From Planctomycetota bacterium (GTDB taxonomy: Bacteria; Planctomycetota; B15-G4; SIAN01), in assembly GCA_031409275.1 (NCBI GenBank), contig JANNXA010000027.1:64001-128000 (forward strand): DNA of 64,000 bases, written 5' to 3'. Position 1 is the first letter of the stretch, and the number at the start of each line of letters is the position of its first letter. Shown here piece by piece: positions 37,542-47,609 of this stretch. The notes below the pieces were generated by a model that was not told the DNA's origin, did no database searches, and worked only from the letters and a program-made list of their open reading frames with translations. Both the position numbers and the translations under genes were made by a program.

Positions 37542-38141
37542 ATGTCATGGAACTGGAAGCACTCGTGGCGGATCGCCGTCGGCGTGCTGATCGGCTGGCT
37601 GGTGGTCCGCGAATTCGGAGTGCTCGATTTCCAGCTCGCCGACGTGGACCTGCAGTGGGTCAGCAGTGCGAACACGAAACGGCGCGATGAGCCGGGGATC
37701 CGCAATCGGATCGATCGCGCCGAACCGATGCGCGGCATGGATCCAGTGTTCGGCCTCGCATCGCACGGTTCACCCGACGATCGCGACTTCGCGCGCCGAT
37801 TGCAGGCCTCGATCGAGTCGCAGCTGCGCTCGCGCTTTGCCGACGATCCGCGCCTCGGTGACGCGTCGATCGAGGTCGAGGTCGTCCTTGCGGCGCAGAG
37901 CGGCGTGGCGTGGCTGCCGCTCTGGAAGGAACTCTCGGCGGAAGTCGCCATCGAGATCGCGGTGGCACCCGTCTCGCCGCCCGGACCGGTCGTGGACTTC
38001 ATCTCGCAGGCGCGCTTCCGCGTGACGACCCGCGGCAGTTGCACGGCGCGAAGAGCGCGCGAGAACCGCGTGGAGCGGATTGCGACGTCGCTCGGCGAGC
38101 TGGCGGCGACGTCGATTCGGAAACAGCTCGAGTCGCGCTGA
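37542..38141 (+). CDS. Hypothetical membrane-anchored protein
   Basis: GGGGGA RBS-like element and N-terminal TM (WRIAVGVLIGWLVV). Confidence 0.6.
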   Translation: MSWNWKHSWRIAVGVLIGWLVVREFGVLDFQLADVDLQWVSSANTKRRDEPGIRNRIDRAEPMRGMDPVFGLASHGSPDDRDFARRLQASIESQLRSRFADDPRLGDASIEVEVVLAAQSGVAWLPLWKELSAEVAIEIAVAPVSPPGPVVDFISQARFRVTTRGSCTARRARENRVERIATSLGELAATSIRKQLESR

Positions 38142-38153
38142 CCCGACCCGGTC

Positions 38154-38169
38154 CGGCGCGCGGCTTGCA
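38154..38169 (+). promoter_or_regulatory. Putative sigma-54 (-24/-12) promoter
   Basis: CGGCGCG-CGGC-TTGCA matches YGGCRCG-N4-TTGCW in the intergenic region before the acyltransferase. Confidence 0.4.
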
Positions 38170-38366
38170 CTGCGTGGAAGCGCCGTGACTGCGGCGCGTG
38201 CGCGGCATTGCAGCTCTGCGGCGCCGGAAGCGGTCGCAGTCGCCACGGACGCGGTTCGTTGCGATCGATGACGCTCGAGCGCGAGCGAGTCGCGCGTGCA
38301 TGAACTGCGTTGAACCGAGTTGCCAGAAGTGCATTCACGCTTCGCATCGCGAAGTACGGAGTCGCT

Positions 38367-39653
38367 GTGACCGTTCGGGCGACAGAGCCTCTGGCGACGC
38401 CGGCGACGAAAACGCCGCGTGCGGAGATCGTCGATCCGATTCCGTTGGCGCGCGAGCTTCCTCCACACGAGCGCCGCCATCTCCCCGTGCTCGACGGGCT
38501 GCGCGCGATCGCCGTGCTCCTCGTGCTGTGGGACCACGCGCCCGGCGCGATCGTCCCGAACTGGATGACCGCGCTGGCGAAGTGGCGCAATCCCGGCAAC
38601 TTCGGCGTCGACCTCTTCTTTGCGCTGAGCGGATTCCTCATCACGCGCATCCTCCTGGCGGAGCGTGCGGACGGCGTTCCGGTGCGCTACTTCCTGCTGC
38701 GGCGTGCCTTCCGAATCTTCCCGGTCTACTACCTGCTCCTGCTGGTGATGGCGATCGCGCGGCCGCATCCCGAGATCGGTTGGTGCGCGGTCTACCTCTC
38801 GAATTTCCACTCGGTCGTCCGCGACGCGCATTCGAGCTGGCTGCAGCACACGTGGTCGCTTTGCGTCGAGGAGCACTTCTACGCCGTCTGGCCGCTGCTG
38901 GTGGGCTTGCTGCCGCGTCGCGCGAGCCATTTCGTGGTCGCGGCGATCGTCGTGCCCGGGGCCGTGCTCGCGGGCGTCTTCTTCGTGGCGTTGCCGGCGA
39001 TCGAGCCGATCTGGCGCGCGATCGAGGCGCAGATCGCCGCGGGCACCATCGACCGATTCGACCGCCTTGGACTGGTGCTATTCGGGACGCCCTGTCGCGT
39101 GCTCTCGCTCGCGCTTGGGTCGCTGCTTGCCTACCACGAGTCGGCGCTCTGCCGGCGCTGGCAACGAAGCGTGGCGATCGCGGCGATCGGGCTCGCATCG
39201 GCGACCGCCCTGTCGATCGGGACGCCCGCGCTCTGCGCGGCGATCGGTCGGCACTTCCGGTTGCCGTTCCCCGCCACCGACGCCCGGCTCCTGATCGGTG
39301 TCGTCTCCACTTCGATCGCCACCAGTTCGACGCTGCTGCTGGTGCTCGCCGTGTCGAGCGGGCGCAGCAAGGCGGCGGCGCTCGTGACGGCGCTCCTCGC
39401 CGCCGCGCCGCTGCAGGCGATCGGCCGCATCAGCTACGGCCTCTACCTCCTGCACCTGCCGCTCTTTCGCGCCTTCGATGTCCATCGCCACGCCCGCGAG
39501 GGGGCGACGTGGTCGGTGTGGGGCGTGATCGCCGGCCTGTTCGCGCTGGCGACGCTCTCCTACGTCACCGTGGAACGACCGATCCTGCGCTTCGCGATGC
39601 GCTTCCGACGGGCGCCGTCGCGCGCGCCTCTCACCGGCCGCACGATCGACTGA
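38367..39653 (+). CDS. Acyltransferase family 3 (OafA-like O-acyltransferase)
   Basis: LDGLRAIAVLLVLWDH, GVDLFFALSGFLI, RRAFRIFP, HTWSLCVEEHFY, GRISYGLYLLH. Start uncertain. Confidence 0.9.
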   Translation: MTVRATEPLATPATKTPRAEIVDPIPLARELPPHERRHLPVLDGLRAIAVLLVLWDHAPGAIVPNWMTALAKWRNPGNFGVDLFFALSGFLITRILLAERADGVPVRYFLLRRAFRIFPVYYLLLLVMAIARPHPEIGWCAVYLSNFHSVVRDAHSSWLQHTWSLCVEEHFYAVWPLLVGLLPRRASHFVVAAIVVPGAVLAGVFFVALPAIEPIWRAIEAQIAAGTIDRFDRLGLVLFGTPCRVLSLALGSLLAYHESALCRRWQRSVAIAAIGLASATALSIGTPALCAAIGRHFRLPFPATDARLLIGVVSTSIATSSTLLLVLAVSSGRSKAAALVTALLAAAPLQAIGRISYGLYLLHLPLFRAFDVHRHAREGATWSVWGVIAGLFALATLSYVTVERPILRFAMRFRRAPSRAPLTGRTID

Positions 39654-39692
39654 TTCGGATCACGCGCGAGCCGTCGCTCGCTTGCGGGTCGC

Positions 39693-40730
<1,038 letters not shown>

Positions 40731-40797
40731 GTGCGTTGCGTCCGTGGCGCGGGGGAGGTGGTTTTGGAGTCGAAGCGCGGGCGGAGCGGGCGCTCGG

Positions 40798-42666
40798 TCA
40801 GCGGCGCTGCTCCTGGGCGAGGATGCCGTCGCTGATCGAGCGGGCATCGACCGGGAAGCCGGTGTAGTGACGCACGTGGCGGATCTTGTCGACCGATCCC
40901 GGCGTCGTGACGACGCCGCGGATCATCAGCTCCATCTGGCCGTCGCGGTTCTGCTCGACGACGTAGACACGGTCATGCGTCTTGAGGAACGCATCGATGG
41001 CATCGGTCGCGAGCGGCGTCGCGCGCAGGCGCAGGTAGTCCGTCTTGACTCCCGCCGCGGTCAGCTGATCGCGCGCCTCGCGCATCGCGTTGTTGGTCGA
41101 GCCGTAGGCGATGATCCCGATCTTCGCGCCCGGCACCGTGTCGAGCACCGGCTGCGGCAGCTTGGCGCGCGAACCTTCGATCTTCTTCTTGATGCGGTCG
41201 AGGTTGCGCTTGAAGACCTCGGGGTCCTCGGAGTAGCGCGCCTGTTCGTCGTGGCCCGAGCCGCGCGTGAAGTAGGCCGCATCGGGATGCGGGTTGCCGG
41301 CCAGCGTGCGCCACGGGATGCCGTCGCCGTCGACGTCGAGGTAGCGGCCCCACTTCTCGCCCTTCGCCTTCAGCTCGTCGAGCTGCGCAGGCGAGAGGAC
41401 CTTGCCGCGCTTGAACGGCTCATTCGTGAACTGCGGCGGCTCCGACATCCAGAAGTTCATGCCGAGGTCGAGGTCGAGCAGCACGAAGACCGGCGTCTGG
41501 AACTGCTCGGCGTAGTCGAAGGAGATGCGCGCGAACTCGTAGCACTCCTCGGGCGAGCAGGGATGCAGCACGAGGTGCTCGGTGTCGCCGTGCGAGCAGA
41601 ACGCCGCCGCGGTCACGTCCCCTTGCGCGGTGCGGGTCGGCAGGCCGGTCGAGGGGCCGACGCGCTGCACGTCGAAGATGACGCCGGGAATCTCGGCGTA
41701 GTAGCCGAAGCCGACGAACTCCGACATGAGGCTGATGCCCGGTCCGGCCGTGGTCGTCATCGAACGGGCGCCCGCCCAGCCGGCGCCCAGCACCAGCCCG
41801 ATCGAGGCGAGCTCGTCTTCGCACTGCACGTCCGCGAAGCGGATGGTGCCGGTGGTGCCGTCGACCCGGTGCTTCTTCGCCAGCGCGATCAGCGCCTCGG
41901 CGAGCGAGCTGCTCGGCGTGATCGGGTACCAGCCCATCACCGTCGCGCCGCCCATCAGGCAGCCGAGCGCGGCAATCGTGTTGCCCTCGATCAGGATCTT
42001 GTTGCCGTTCGCGTTCATCGTCTCGACGCGATAGGGATCCTGTTTGCTCAGGTTCGCCTTCGCGTAATCGATGCCTGCGCGCAGGCACTGGACGTTGATG
42101 TCGATCGCCTTCTGCTTGCTCTTGAAGTTGTCGGCGATGACCTTCAGCACCACGGTCTCGTCGAGGCCAAGCAGTTGCGTGGCGGCGCCGACGTACACCA
42201 TGTTGACCAGCATCTTGCGCAGCTTCGCGTCGGCCGCGAGGTTCTTGATGCAGTCGTTCATCGGGATCGGATAGGCGACGAGGTCACCGCGCGCCGTGAC
42301 CGGAGCGTCGGCGAGTTCGTTGCTGTTCCACATGACGACGGCGAGGGGACGCAGCGCGGCGACATCCTTCTCCCACGTCGCTGCGTTCATCCCGATCAGC
42401 CAGTCGAGCTCCTTCTTGCGCGCCGTGTAGCCGTCCTTGTTCACTCGAATCGTGAACCAGGTCGGCAACCCCTGGATGTTGGAGGGGAAGAGGTTCTTGG
42501 CGCTGATCGGGATGCCCATCCGGAACAGCGATTTGGCCAGGATGTTGTTGGCCGACTGGCTGCCGGTGCCGTTGACGGTGGCGACCTCGATCGAGAGGTC
42601 GTTCACGACCACTCGGGCGGGGGTTTGGGGCTTCGTGGGGGTGAGCGTTTCCGGGGGAGGATTCAT
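40798..42666 (-). CDS. korA: 2-oxoacid:ferredoxin oxidoreductase alpha (gamma-alpha fused) subunit
   Basis: VNGTGSQS, FPSNIQGLPTW, WYPITPSS, EDELAS, QRVGPSTGLPTRT. Confidence 0.93.
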   Translation of the reverse strand: MNPPPETLTPTKPQTPARVVVNDLSIEVATVNGTGSQSANNILAKSLFRMGIPISAKNLFPSNIQGLPTWFTIRVNKDGYTARKKELDWLIGMNAATWEKDVAALRPLAVVMWNSNELADAPVTARGDLVAYPIPMNDCIKNLAADAKLRKMLVNMVYVGAATQLLGLDETVVLKVIADNFKSKQKAIDINVQCLRAGIDYAKANLSKQDPYRVETMNANGNKILIEGNTIAALGCLMGGATVMGWYPITPSSSLAEALIALAKKHRVDGTTGTIRFADVQCEDELASIGLVLGAGWAGARSMTTTAGPGISLMSEFVGFGYYAEIPGVIFDVQRVGPSTGLPTRTAQGDVTAAAFCSHGDTEHLVLHPCSPEECYEFARISFDYAEQFQTPVFVLLDLDLGMNFWMSEPPQFTNEPFKRGKVLSPAQLDELKAKGEKWGRYLDVDGDGIPWRTLAGNPHPDAAYFTRGSGHDEQARYSEDPEVFKRNLDRIKKKIEGSRAKLPQPVLDTVPGAKIGIIAYGSTNNAMREARDQLTAAGVKTDYLRLRATPLATDAIDAFLKTHDRVYVVEQNRDGQMELMIRGVVTTPGSVDKIRHVRHYTGFPVDARSISDGILAQEQRR

Positions 42667-42929
42667 GGCCGGCGTCTCTTCGGCTCCGATGCGGCGCGGG
42701 CGCCGCGGTATGCGGCCCCGAAAGGGCGAGGGAAGCTAAAGGATGCGGCACCGACGTGCCAGCGTGCCCCCTGGGCGACGGGCGGCGAGGCGTGGCGCCT
42801 GGGGCCAGCCGCCTCGCCGTCATTCTTCGATCATTCGGCGCCGCGGGCAGTACGACCCGCATCCGGCGTCGTAGGAGGGTTTGCGGCGCGCGGTGCCAGT
42901 CGAGACGCGCCGGGAGGGGGAACTCGCCG

Positions 42930-44453
42930 ATGGTTCTTCATCGATCGTGGGGATCGGGCCGGCGCCTGGCGCGCGGCTCTCGTTTGCTGGCCATGGCGGT
43001 CGGGTGCGCCGTGCTCGCCTGGGCGGCGCCGTGCGCATCGGCGCGCGCTGCGAGCGCATGGCTTGCCGATGCCGACTACACGGAAGCAGCGACTCGCTTT
43101 CGGGCGACCCACTCGCTGGAGGCGCTGCCGGCCGACGCCACGGCGCTGACGCAGGCGCTCGACCGCATGTTCGTCGCGCTCGACGTCGGTGCCTTCGAGC
43201 TGCGCTATCCGGCCGCACAGCTGGCCGACCCCAAACGCGGCGACGAGTTCCGTGAACTTGCGCTGGCGCTGCTCGACCTGCAGATCGAATGGCGCGGCTG
43301 GCTCGATCCGACGCATGCCGACGCGCCGCCGCCGGCCGCCGCCGCCGCCGTCCGCAGCTGGATCAAGGGGTGGCGCGGGGACGCGCTCAAGAAGGCGATG
43401 GCGGCGCGCGGAGCGGAGGCTCCATTCGCGGTCGCCGCTGGCGCCAACGCGGCGCAGCAAGCGGCGCTGAAGAGCTGCGCGGAGAGTTTCCGCAGCGGCA
43501 GCGCGCTCGACGTCGCGTTGATTGGCACCTCGACGCGCCTGGTGCTGGCACCGTCGCGCGACGACTTCATCGGCCTCGTCGCCTTCATCGGGACGCTGCA
43601 GGCGGATTGGAAGCCGCTGGCCTGGAGCGCGAACCTCGCTCAGCGCAGCGCCTTCCAGCTGAACGAATTGCTGGTGCTGGCGCTGGTTCATCCCGCTCCG
43701 GATGGAAATCCGGCCGGCATCGGGATGAACGTTCGTGAGCCGACCGGTCTCCTGCAGCACGTGACGCAGTACGCCGCCGATCGTCTCGTGAAGCAGACGT
43801 TCGGAGCCGCGCTCGATCCCGGTCTGCAATCGGGGCTCTCGGTGAATCTCGTGATCGCGCGCTTCGGCGAGAACAACGCTCGGCTCTTCAACGCGGGCGA
43901 AGGCAAGACGATCCCGGCGCGCGAGCGCTTCGTGCCGGGCGGCCGCAGCGAAGGGGGCAAGCTCTCCGCTCGCAGCGCCGACTGCCGCTGGCGTCTCGAA
44001 AAGGGGCGCGATTGGTTCCTGAAGCAGCTGAAGCTGGGACAGGCGGAGGGGGGCAAGCTGGCGATCGAATTCGGCGAGGGAGCGCCTTCGCCGCTCGCCC
44101 ACTTCGTGCTCGACGCGAACGACAAACCGAGCATGCACGACATCGCGACCGCGCCGCTGCTCGGCGCCTACGCGGCGGCGCAGGAGGTGCCGGCGAACTT
44201 CTCTTCCGACTATCAGGAGTGCCTGCGCGCCTACCGGTCGTGCTTCTTGAATTGGCTGGCCAAGGAAGCCAAGCCGCTCTCGGGCTCGAAGCGCGGTCTC
44301 GCGCTGCTGCTGCGCGCGCGCCTCGCTAGGCCGACCGAGTCGCTCGACGCGCTGGTGACCGAACTCTATGGCGTCGCGCTGACGGCGCCCGAACCGGCGA
44401 GCAAGGCACTGGAATGGCAGTTCCTCGCCTGGTTGAACCGGGTGCGCGCCTGA
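42930..44453 (+). CDS. Secreted hypothetical protein
   Basis: GGAGGGGG RBS, signal-like AVGCAVLAWAA and a long ORF with typical codon usage. Confidence 0.65.
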   Translation: MVLHRSWGSGRRLARGSRLLAMAVGCAVLAWAAPCASARAASAWLADADYTEAATRFRATHSLEALPADATALTQALDRMFVALDVGAFELRYPAAQLADPKRGDEFRELALALLDLQIEWRGWLDPTHADAPPPAAAAAVRSWIKGWRGDALKKAMAARGAEAPFAVAAGANAAQQAALKSCAESFRSGSALDVALIGTSTRLVLAPSRDDFIGLVAFIGTLQADWKPLAWSANLAQRSAFQLNELLVLALVHPAPDGNPAGIGMNVREPTGLLQHVTQYAADRLVKQTFGAALDPGLQSGLSVNLVIARFGENNARLFNAGEGKTIPARERFVPGGRSEGGKLSARSADCRWRLEKGRDWFLKQLKLGQAEGGKLAIEFGEGAPSPLAHFVLDANDKPSMHDIATAPLLGAYAAAQEVPANFSSDYQECLRAYRSCFLNWLAKEAKPLSGSKRGLALLLRARLARPTESLDALVTELYGVALTAPEPASKALEWQFLAWLNRVRA

Positions 44454-44554
44454 CAGCGACCGTTGCCTGATCGCGGAGGTTGCGCTGCTCGCGGCGCATC
44501 CCGTTGGCAGCGGATGAGCCGCGCGCGCCGCGCGCCGACGTATAAATCGGCGCC

Positions 44555-45019
44555 ATGATTCGACGCGGATTCCTGACGACCGTCGCCGTGCTGCTTGGCA
44601 CCGCCATCACGGGTGGTCTCGGGCTGCTCGCCTCCCTCTTCGCGCGCGCGACCTCGCGCTGGCCGCTGCGCCACGCCCGCAAGTGGACGGCGCTGTGCAA
44701 GGTCGCCGACCTCGGCGCCGATGCGCCGCTCGAGACGAGCTTCACCTTCGAGCGCTTCGAAGGCTGGTATCGCGAGAAGGTCGCGCGTCAGGTCTACGTG
44801 ACGCGCGATGAGACGGGGGCACCGGTCGTCTTCTCGCGCACCTGCACCCACCTCGGCTGTCCGGTGAAGTGGAAGGCGCAGAGCAAGACGTTTCGCTGCG
44901 CCTGTCACGGCGGTGTCTTCGACGCGCAGGGGGCGGTGCTCGATGGCCCGCCGCCGCGCCCGCTCGTTCGGTTGCCGTGCCGCATCGCCGGCGAGCTGAT
45001 CGAAGTGGAGGAGGCGTGA
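44555..45019 (+). CDS. Rieske [2Fe-2S] subunit of a Rieske/cytochrome b complex
   Basis: Tat-like IRRGFL plus TM; CTHLGC and CACHGG boxes; GPPPRPL. Confidence 0.93.
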   Translation: MIRRGFLTTVAVLLGTAITGGLGLLASLFARATSRWPLRHARKWTALCKVADLGADAPLETSFTFERFEGWYREKVARQVYVTRDETGAPVVFSRTCTHLGCPVKWKAQSKTFRCACHGGVFDAQGAVLDGPPPRPLVRLPCRIAGELIEVEEA

Positions 45020-46500
45020 GCACGCCGGACGGGACGGCTCCGCGCGGCGGCCTGCGCGCGATGCTCGGCGAGTGGGTCTTCTCGAAGCAGGTCCCGGCGG
45101 GCATCGGTTTCCTGCGAGCCCTCGGCACCGCGCTGGCCGTGGTCCTGCTGACGCAAGCGGTCACCGGGATGTTGCTGGCGCTGTGCTACGTGCCGTCGCC
45201 CGACCACGCGTACGACTCGATTCGCTACATCGACGAAGAGGTGCGCGCGACGCTGCTCGGCCACGAGCTCGCGGTCGGCAAGTTCCTGCGCGGGCTCCAC
45301 CATTGGGGAGCGAGCGCCGTGATCGTGCTGGCGGCGATGCACCTGCTGCGCGTCTTCTTCACCGGCGCCTACAAGCGGCCGCGGGCGCTCCTGTGGGTGC
45401 TCGGCGTCGCGATCCTCGGCGTACTGCTGGGATTCGGGTTCACCGGCTACCTGCTGCCGTGGGACATGAAGGCGTTCTTCGCCACCGACGTCGGCCTCAA
45501 CATCGTGGCGCAGCTGCCGAAGATCGGCCCCGACCTGGCCGACCTGCTGCGCGGCGGGCCGGAGCTCGGCGCCCCGACCCTCACGCGCATGTTCGCGGCG
45601 CATGTCCTCTTCCTGCCGGCGCTGCTGCTGCCGTTGGCCGGCCTGCATCTGCTGCTCGTCCATCAGCTCGGCATCACGCCACCCGGCGCGCGGGTTGGCG
45701 AGCCGGAGGTGAAGAGCGCGCCCTTCTTCCCCGACCATGTCGTGCGCGAGCTCCTGGTGGCGACGCTCGCTCTCGGCGTGATCGCGCTCCTGGCCCGGCA
45801 GCTCGGTCCGCCGCTCGAAGGGCCGGCCAATCGTGACGCCCACGGCTACGAGCCGCGGCCCGAGTGGTACTTCCTCGCGCTGTTCCAGCTGCTCAAGCTG
45901 TTCGAGGGTGGCTCGATCCTGATCCCGACCGTGATCCTGCCGGGCGGCCTCGCGACGGTGCTGCTGCTGCTGCCTTGGATCGATCGCAATCGCGAGCGCG
46001 CGCCGTCGAAGCGCCCGTTCGCGATCGCGTGCGGATTGCTCGTGGTTGGCAGCGTGGCGGGTCTCACCGTCTGGGGGCTGCAGACGCCGGCTGGCGAGGA
46101 GTCGAAGCCGCCGCCCTACGTGCACGTCGGCGACTTGAGCTACACGCCGCCTTCCAGCCCGCCGTTCTCGCCGCCGCGCGACGCCGCCAGCGCCGCGGCG
46201 GCGGGGACGACAGGTGTCGCTGCGGCCTCTCCGATCGCGGCGAAGGGCGAAGCGCTCGTGGCGCAGTACGAGTGCACGGCGTGCCATCTGCTGCACGGCG
46301 TCGGCGACACCAGCGGTGCTGGAGCGCCCGAGTTCATCGGCATCCCCGGCGCGCACGATGCGGCGTGGTACGCCAACTTCCTGATCGATCCCAAGCAGGT
46401 CCGCCCCGAGATCGACATGCCGAGCGCCGCCGACCTCGAACTCACCGACGCCGATCGACTGGCGCTCGCCGATTGGCTCGCCAGCGTCACTGCACGCTGA
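45016..46500 (+). CDS. Cytochrome b (b6 + subunit IV-like) fused to a monoheme cytochrome c
   Basis: [25 protein letters not shown]...H, RPEWYF, and C-terminal CTACH with distal MP. Confidence 0.93.
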   Translation: MSTPDGTAPRGGLRAMLGEWVFSKQVPAGIGFLRALGTALAVVLLTQAVTGMLLALCYVPSPDHAYDSIRYIDEEVRATLLGHELAVGKFLRGLHHWGASAVIVLAAMHLLRVFFTGAYKRPRALLWVLGVAILGVLLGFGFTGYLLPWDMKAFFATDVGLNIVAQLPKIGPDLADLLRGGPELGAPTLTRMFAAHVLFLPALLLPLAGLHLLLVHQLGITPPGARVGEPEVKSAPFFPDHVVRELLVATLALGVIALLARQLGPPLEGPANRDAHGYEPRPEWYFLALFQLLKLFEGGSILIPTVILPGGLATVLLLLPWIDRNRERAPSKRPFAIACGLLVVGSVAGLTVWGLQTPAGEESKPPPYVHVGDLSYTPPSSPPFSPPRDAASAAAAGTTGVAAASPIAAKGEALVAQYECTACHLLHGVGDTSGAGAPEFIGIPGAHDAAWYANFLIDPKQVRPEIDMPSAADLELTDADRLALADWLASVTAR

Positions 46501-46993
46501 ACTCGCGCACGAAGCGGACGACGCTGCCGCGGGCGAGATCGACTTCGCCGGCGACGAGTTCGATCACTCGGAAGTCCTGGGCCACCACGCGCCAGCGGCT
46601 GCGCAGTCCCAGCGGCTCGGCGGGCACGAAGCCGCAGTGGCCGTAGAAGCCGCCCGGTCCGATCACCACGACGAGGCCCGCTCCGTGAGCGCGGCACGCC
46701 GCGAGCCCGGCCGCGACGAGCGACTGGCCGATGCCGCGCCCCTGCCGTGCCGGCGCCACCGCCATCAGGCCGAGGGCGAGCGGCGGCCGGCGGCAGCGCG
46801 CGCCGACGAGGTCGACGGGCGTGAAGATCGCATGCGCGACGACGACCTCGTCTTCGAGTGCGACGTGCTCTAGCACGTCACCGCGCGCGCGCAGCAAATC
46901 CACCTGCGTGGCGTCCGAGCGCCGCCCGAAGGCGGCGGCGACGACGGTCGCGATGGTTGCGTGGTCGGCGGGAACCGCAGGGCGCAGTGTCAT
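46487..46993 (-). CDS. GNAT N-acetyltransferase (YhbS-like)
   Basis: MAVAPARQGRGIG, VIG..GFY..CGF. Confidence 0.85.
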   Translation of the reverse strand: MTLRPAVPADHATIATVVAAAFGRRSDATQVDLLRARGDVLEHVALEDEVVVAHAIFTPVDLVGARCRRPPLALGLMAVAPARQGRGIGQSLVAAGLAACRAHGAGLVVVIGPGGFYGHCGFVPAEPLGLRSRWRVVAQDFRVIELVAGEVDLARGSVVRFVREFSVQ

Positions 46994-47548
46994 TCAGCGG
47001 GCCGCGAAGGCGCGGGCGTAACGTTCGTCCATCACGGCGCAGTGGTGGCGCAGGTGGCCGGCCATGACCCACGCCAGCGCGCGCACGCTGATCGCCCTGC
47101 CGTTGGCCTGACCGCGCGCCTCGAACGCGGCGCCATCGAGTCGCTGCAGCAGGCAGAGGTTCGCCTCGCGCAGCAGCGTGAACTCGCGGACGTGGTCGGC
47201 GAGTGTCACCGCGGCGGACGGCGCGCGCTCGACGTAGGCGTTCTCATCGAACCCCGGCAGCGGCGTCGAGTCGTGGCGGCTGAAGCAGAAGGCACGAAAG
47301 CCGAAGACGCGCTCCGCATCGACGAGGTGGCCGAACAGCTGGCGCAACGTCCATTTGCCAGGAGCGTAGGCGTACGCCTCGTTCGCGACCGCGACGCGGC
47401 CGATCCTGGCCGCAAGCTCTGCGGGCTGCGCGGCAAGGACCTTCGCGATCTCCGTCTCGGGCACTCGCTCGACGTAGCCGGCATAGAACGGCGCGTACTC
47501 GTCCGCGTTGGGGCGACCCGGACTCACGGCAAACACGACGGCCGACAT
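46994..47548 (-). CDS. DinB family protein
   Basis: EYAPFYAGYV, YAPGKWT...GHLVDAERVF, LPGFDEN, GHLRHH. Confidence 0.9.
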   Translation of the reverse strand: MSAVVFAVSPGRPNADEYAPFYAGYVERVPETEIAKVLAAQPAELAARIGRVAVANEAYAYAPGKWTLRQLFGHLVDAERVFGFRAFCFSRHDSTPLPGFDENAYVERAPSAAVTLADHVREFTLLREANLCLLQRLDGAAFEARGQANGRAISVRALAWVMAGHLRHHCAVMDERYARAFAAR

Positions 47549-47609
47549 GCTCGATCTCCTGCGCGCCGTGCAGTGGCGGCGCGCCGCGGACGATAGCGCG
47601 CGCGGTCGC

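Noticed and set aside
38142..38310. attC site after the hypothetical gene 37542-38141
   Set aside because: A hairpin is present but it has no RYYYAAC/GTTRRRY ends.
42781..42873. Strong hairpin and TACGAC/GTCGTA inverted repeat upstream of korA as an ncRNA
   Set aside because: Single GC-rich stems are expected by chance at this composition, and there is no further support.
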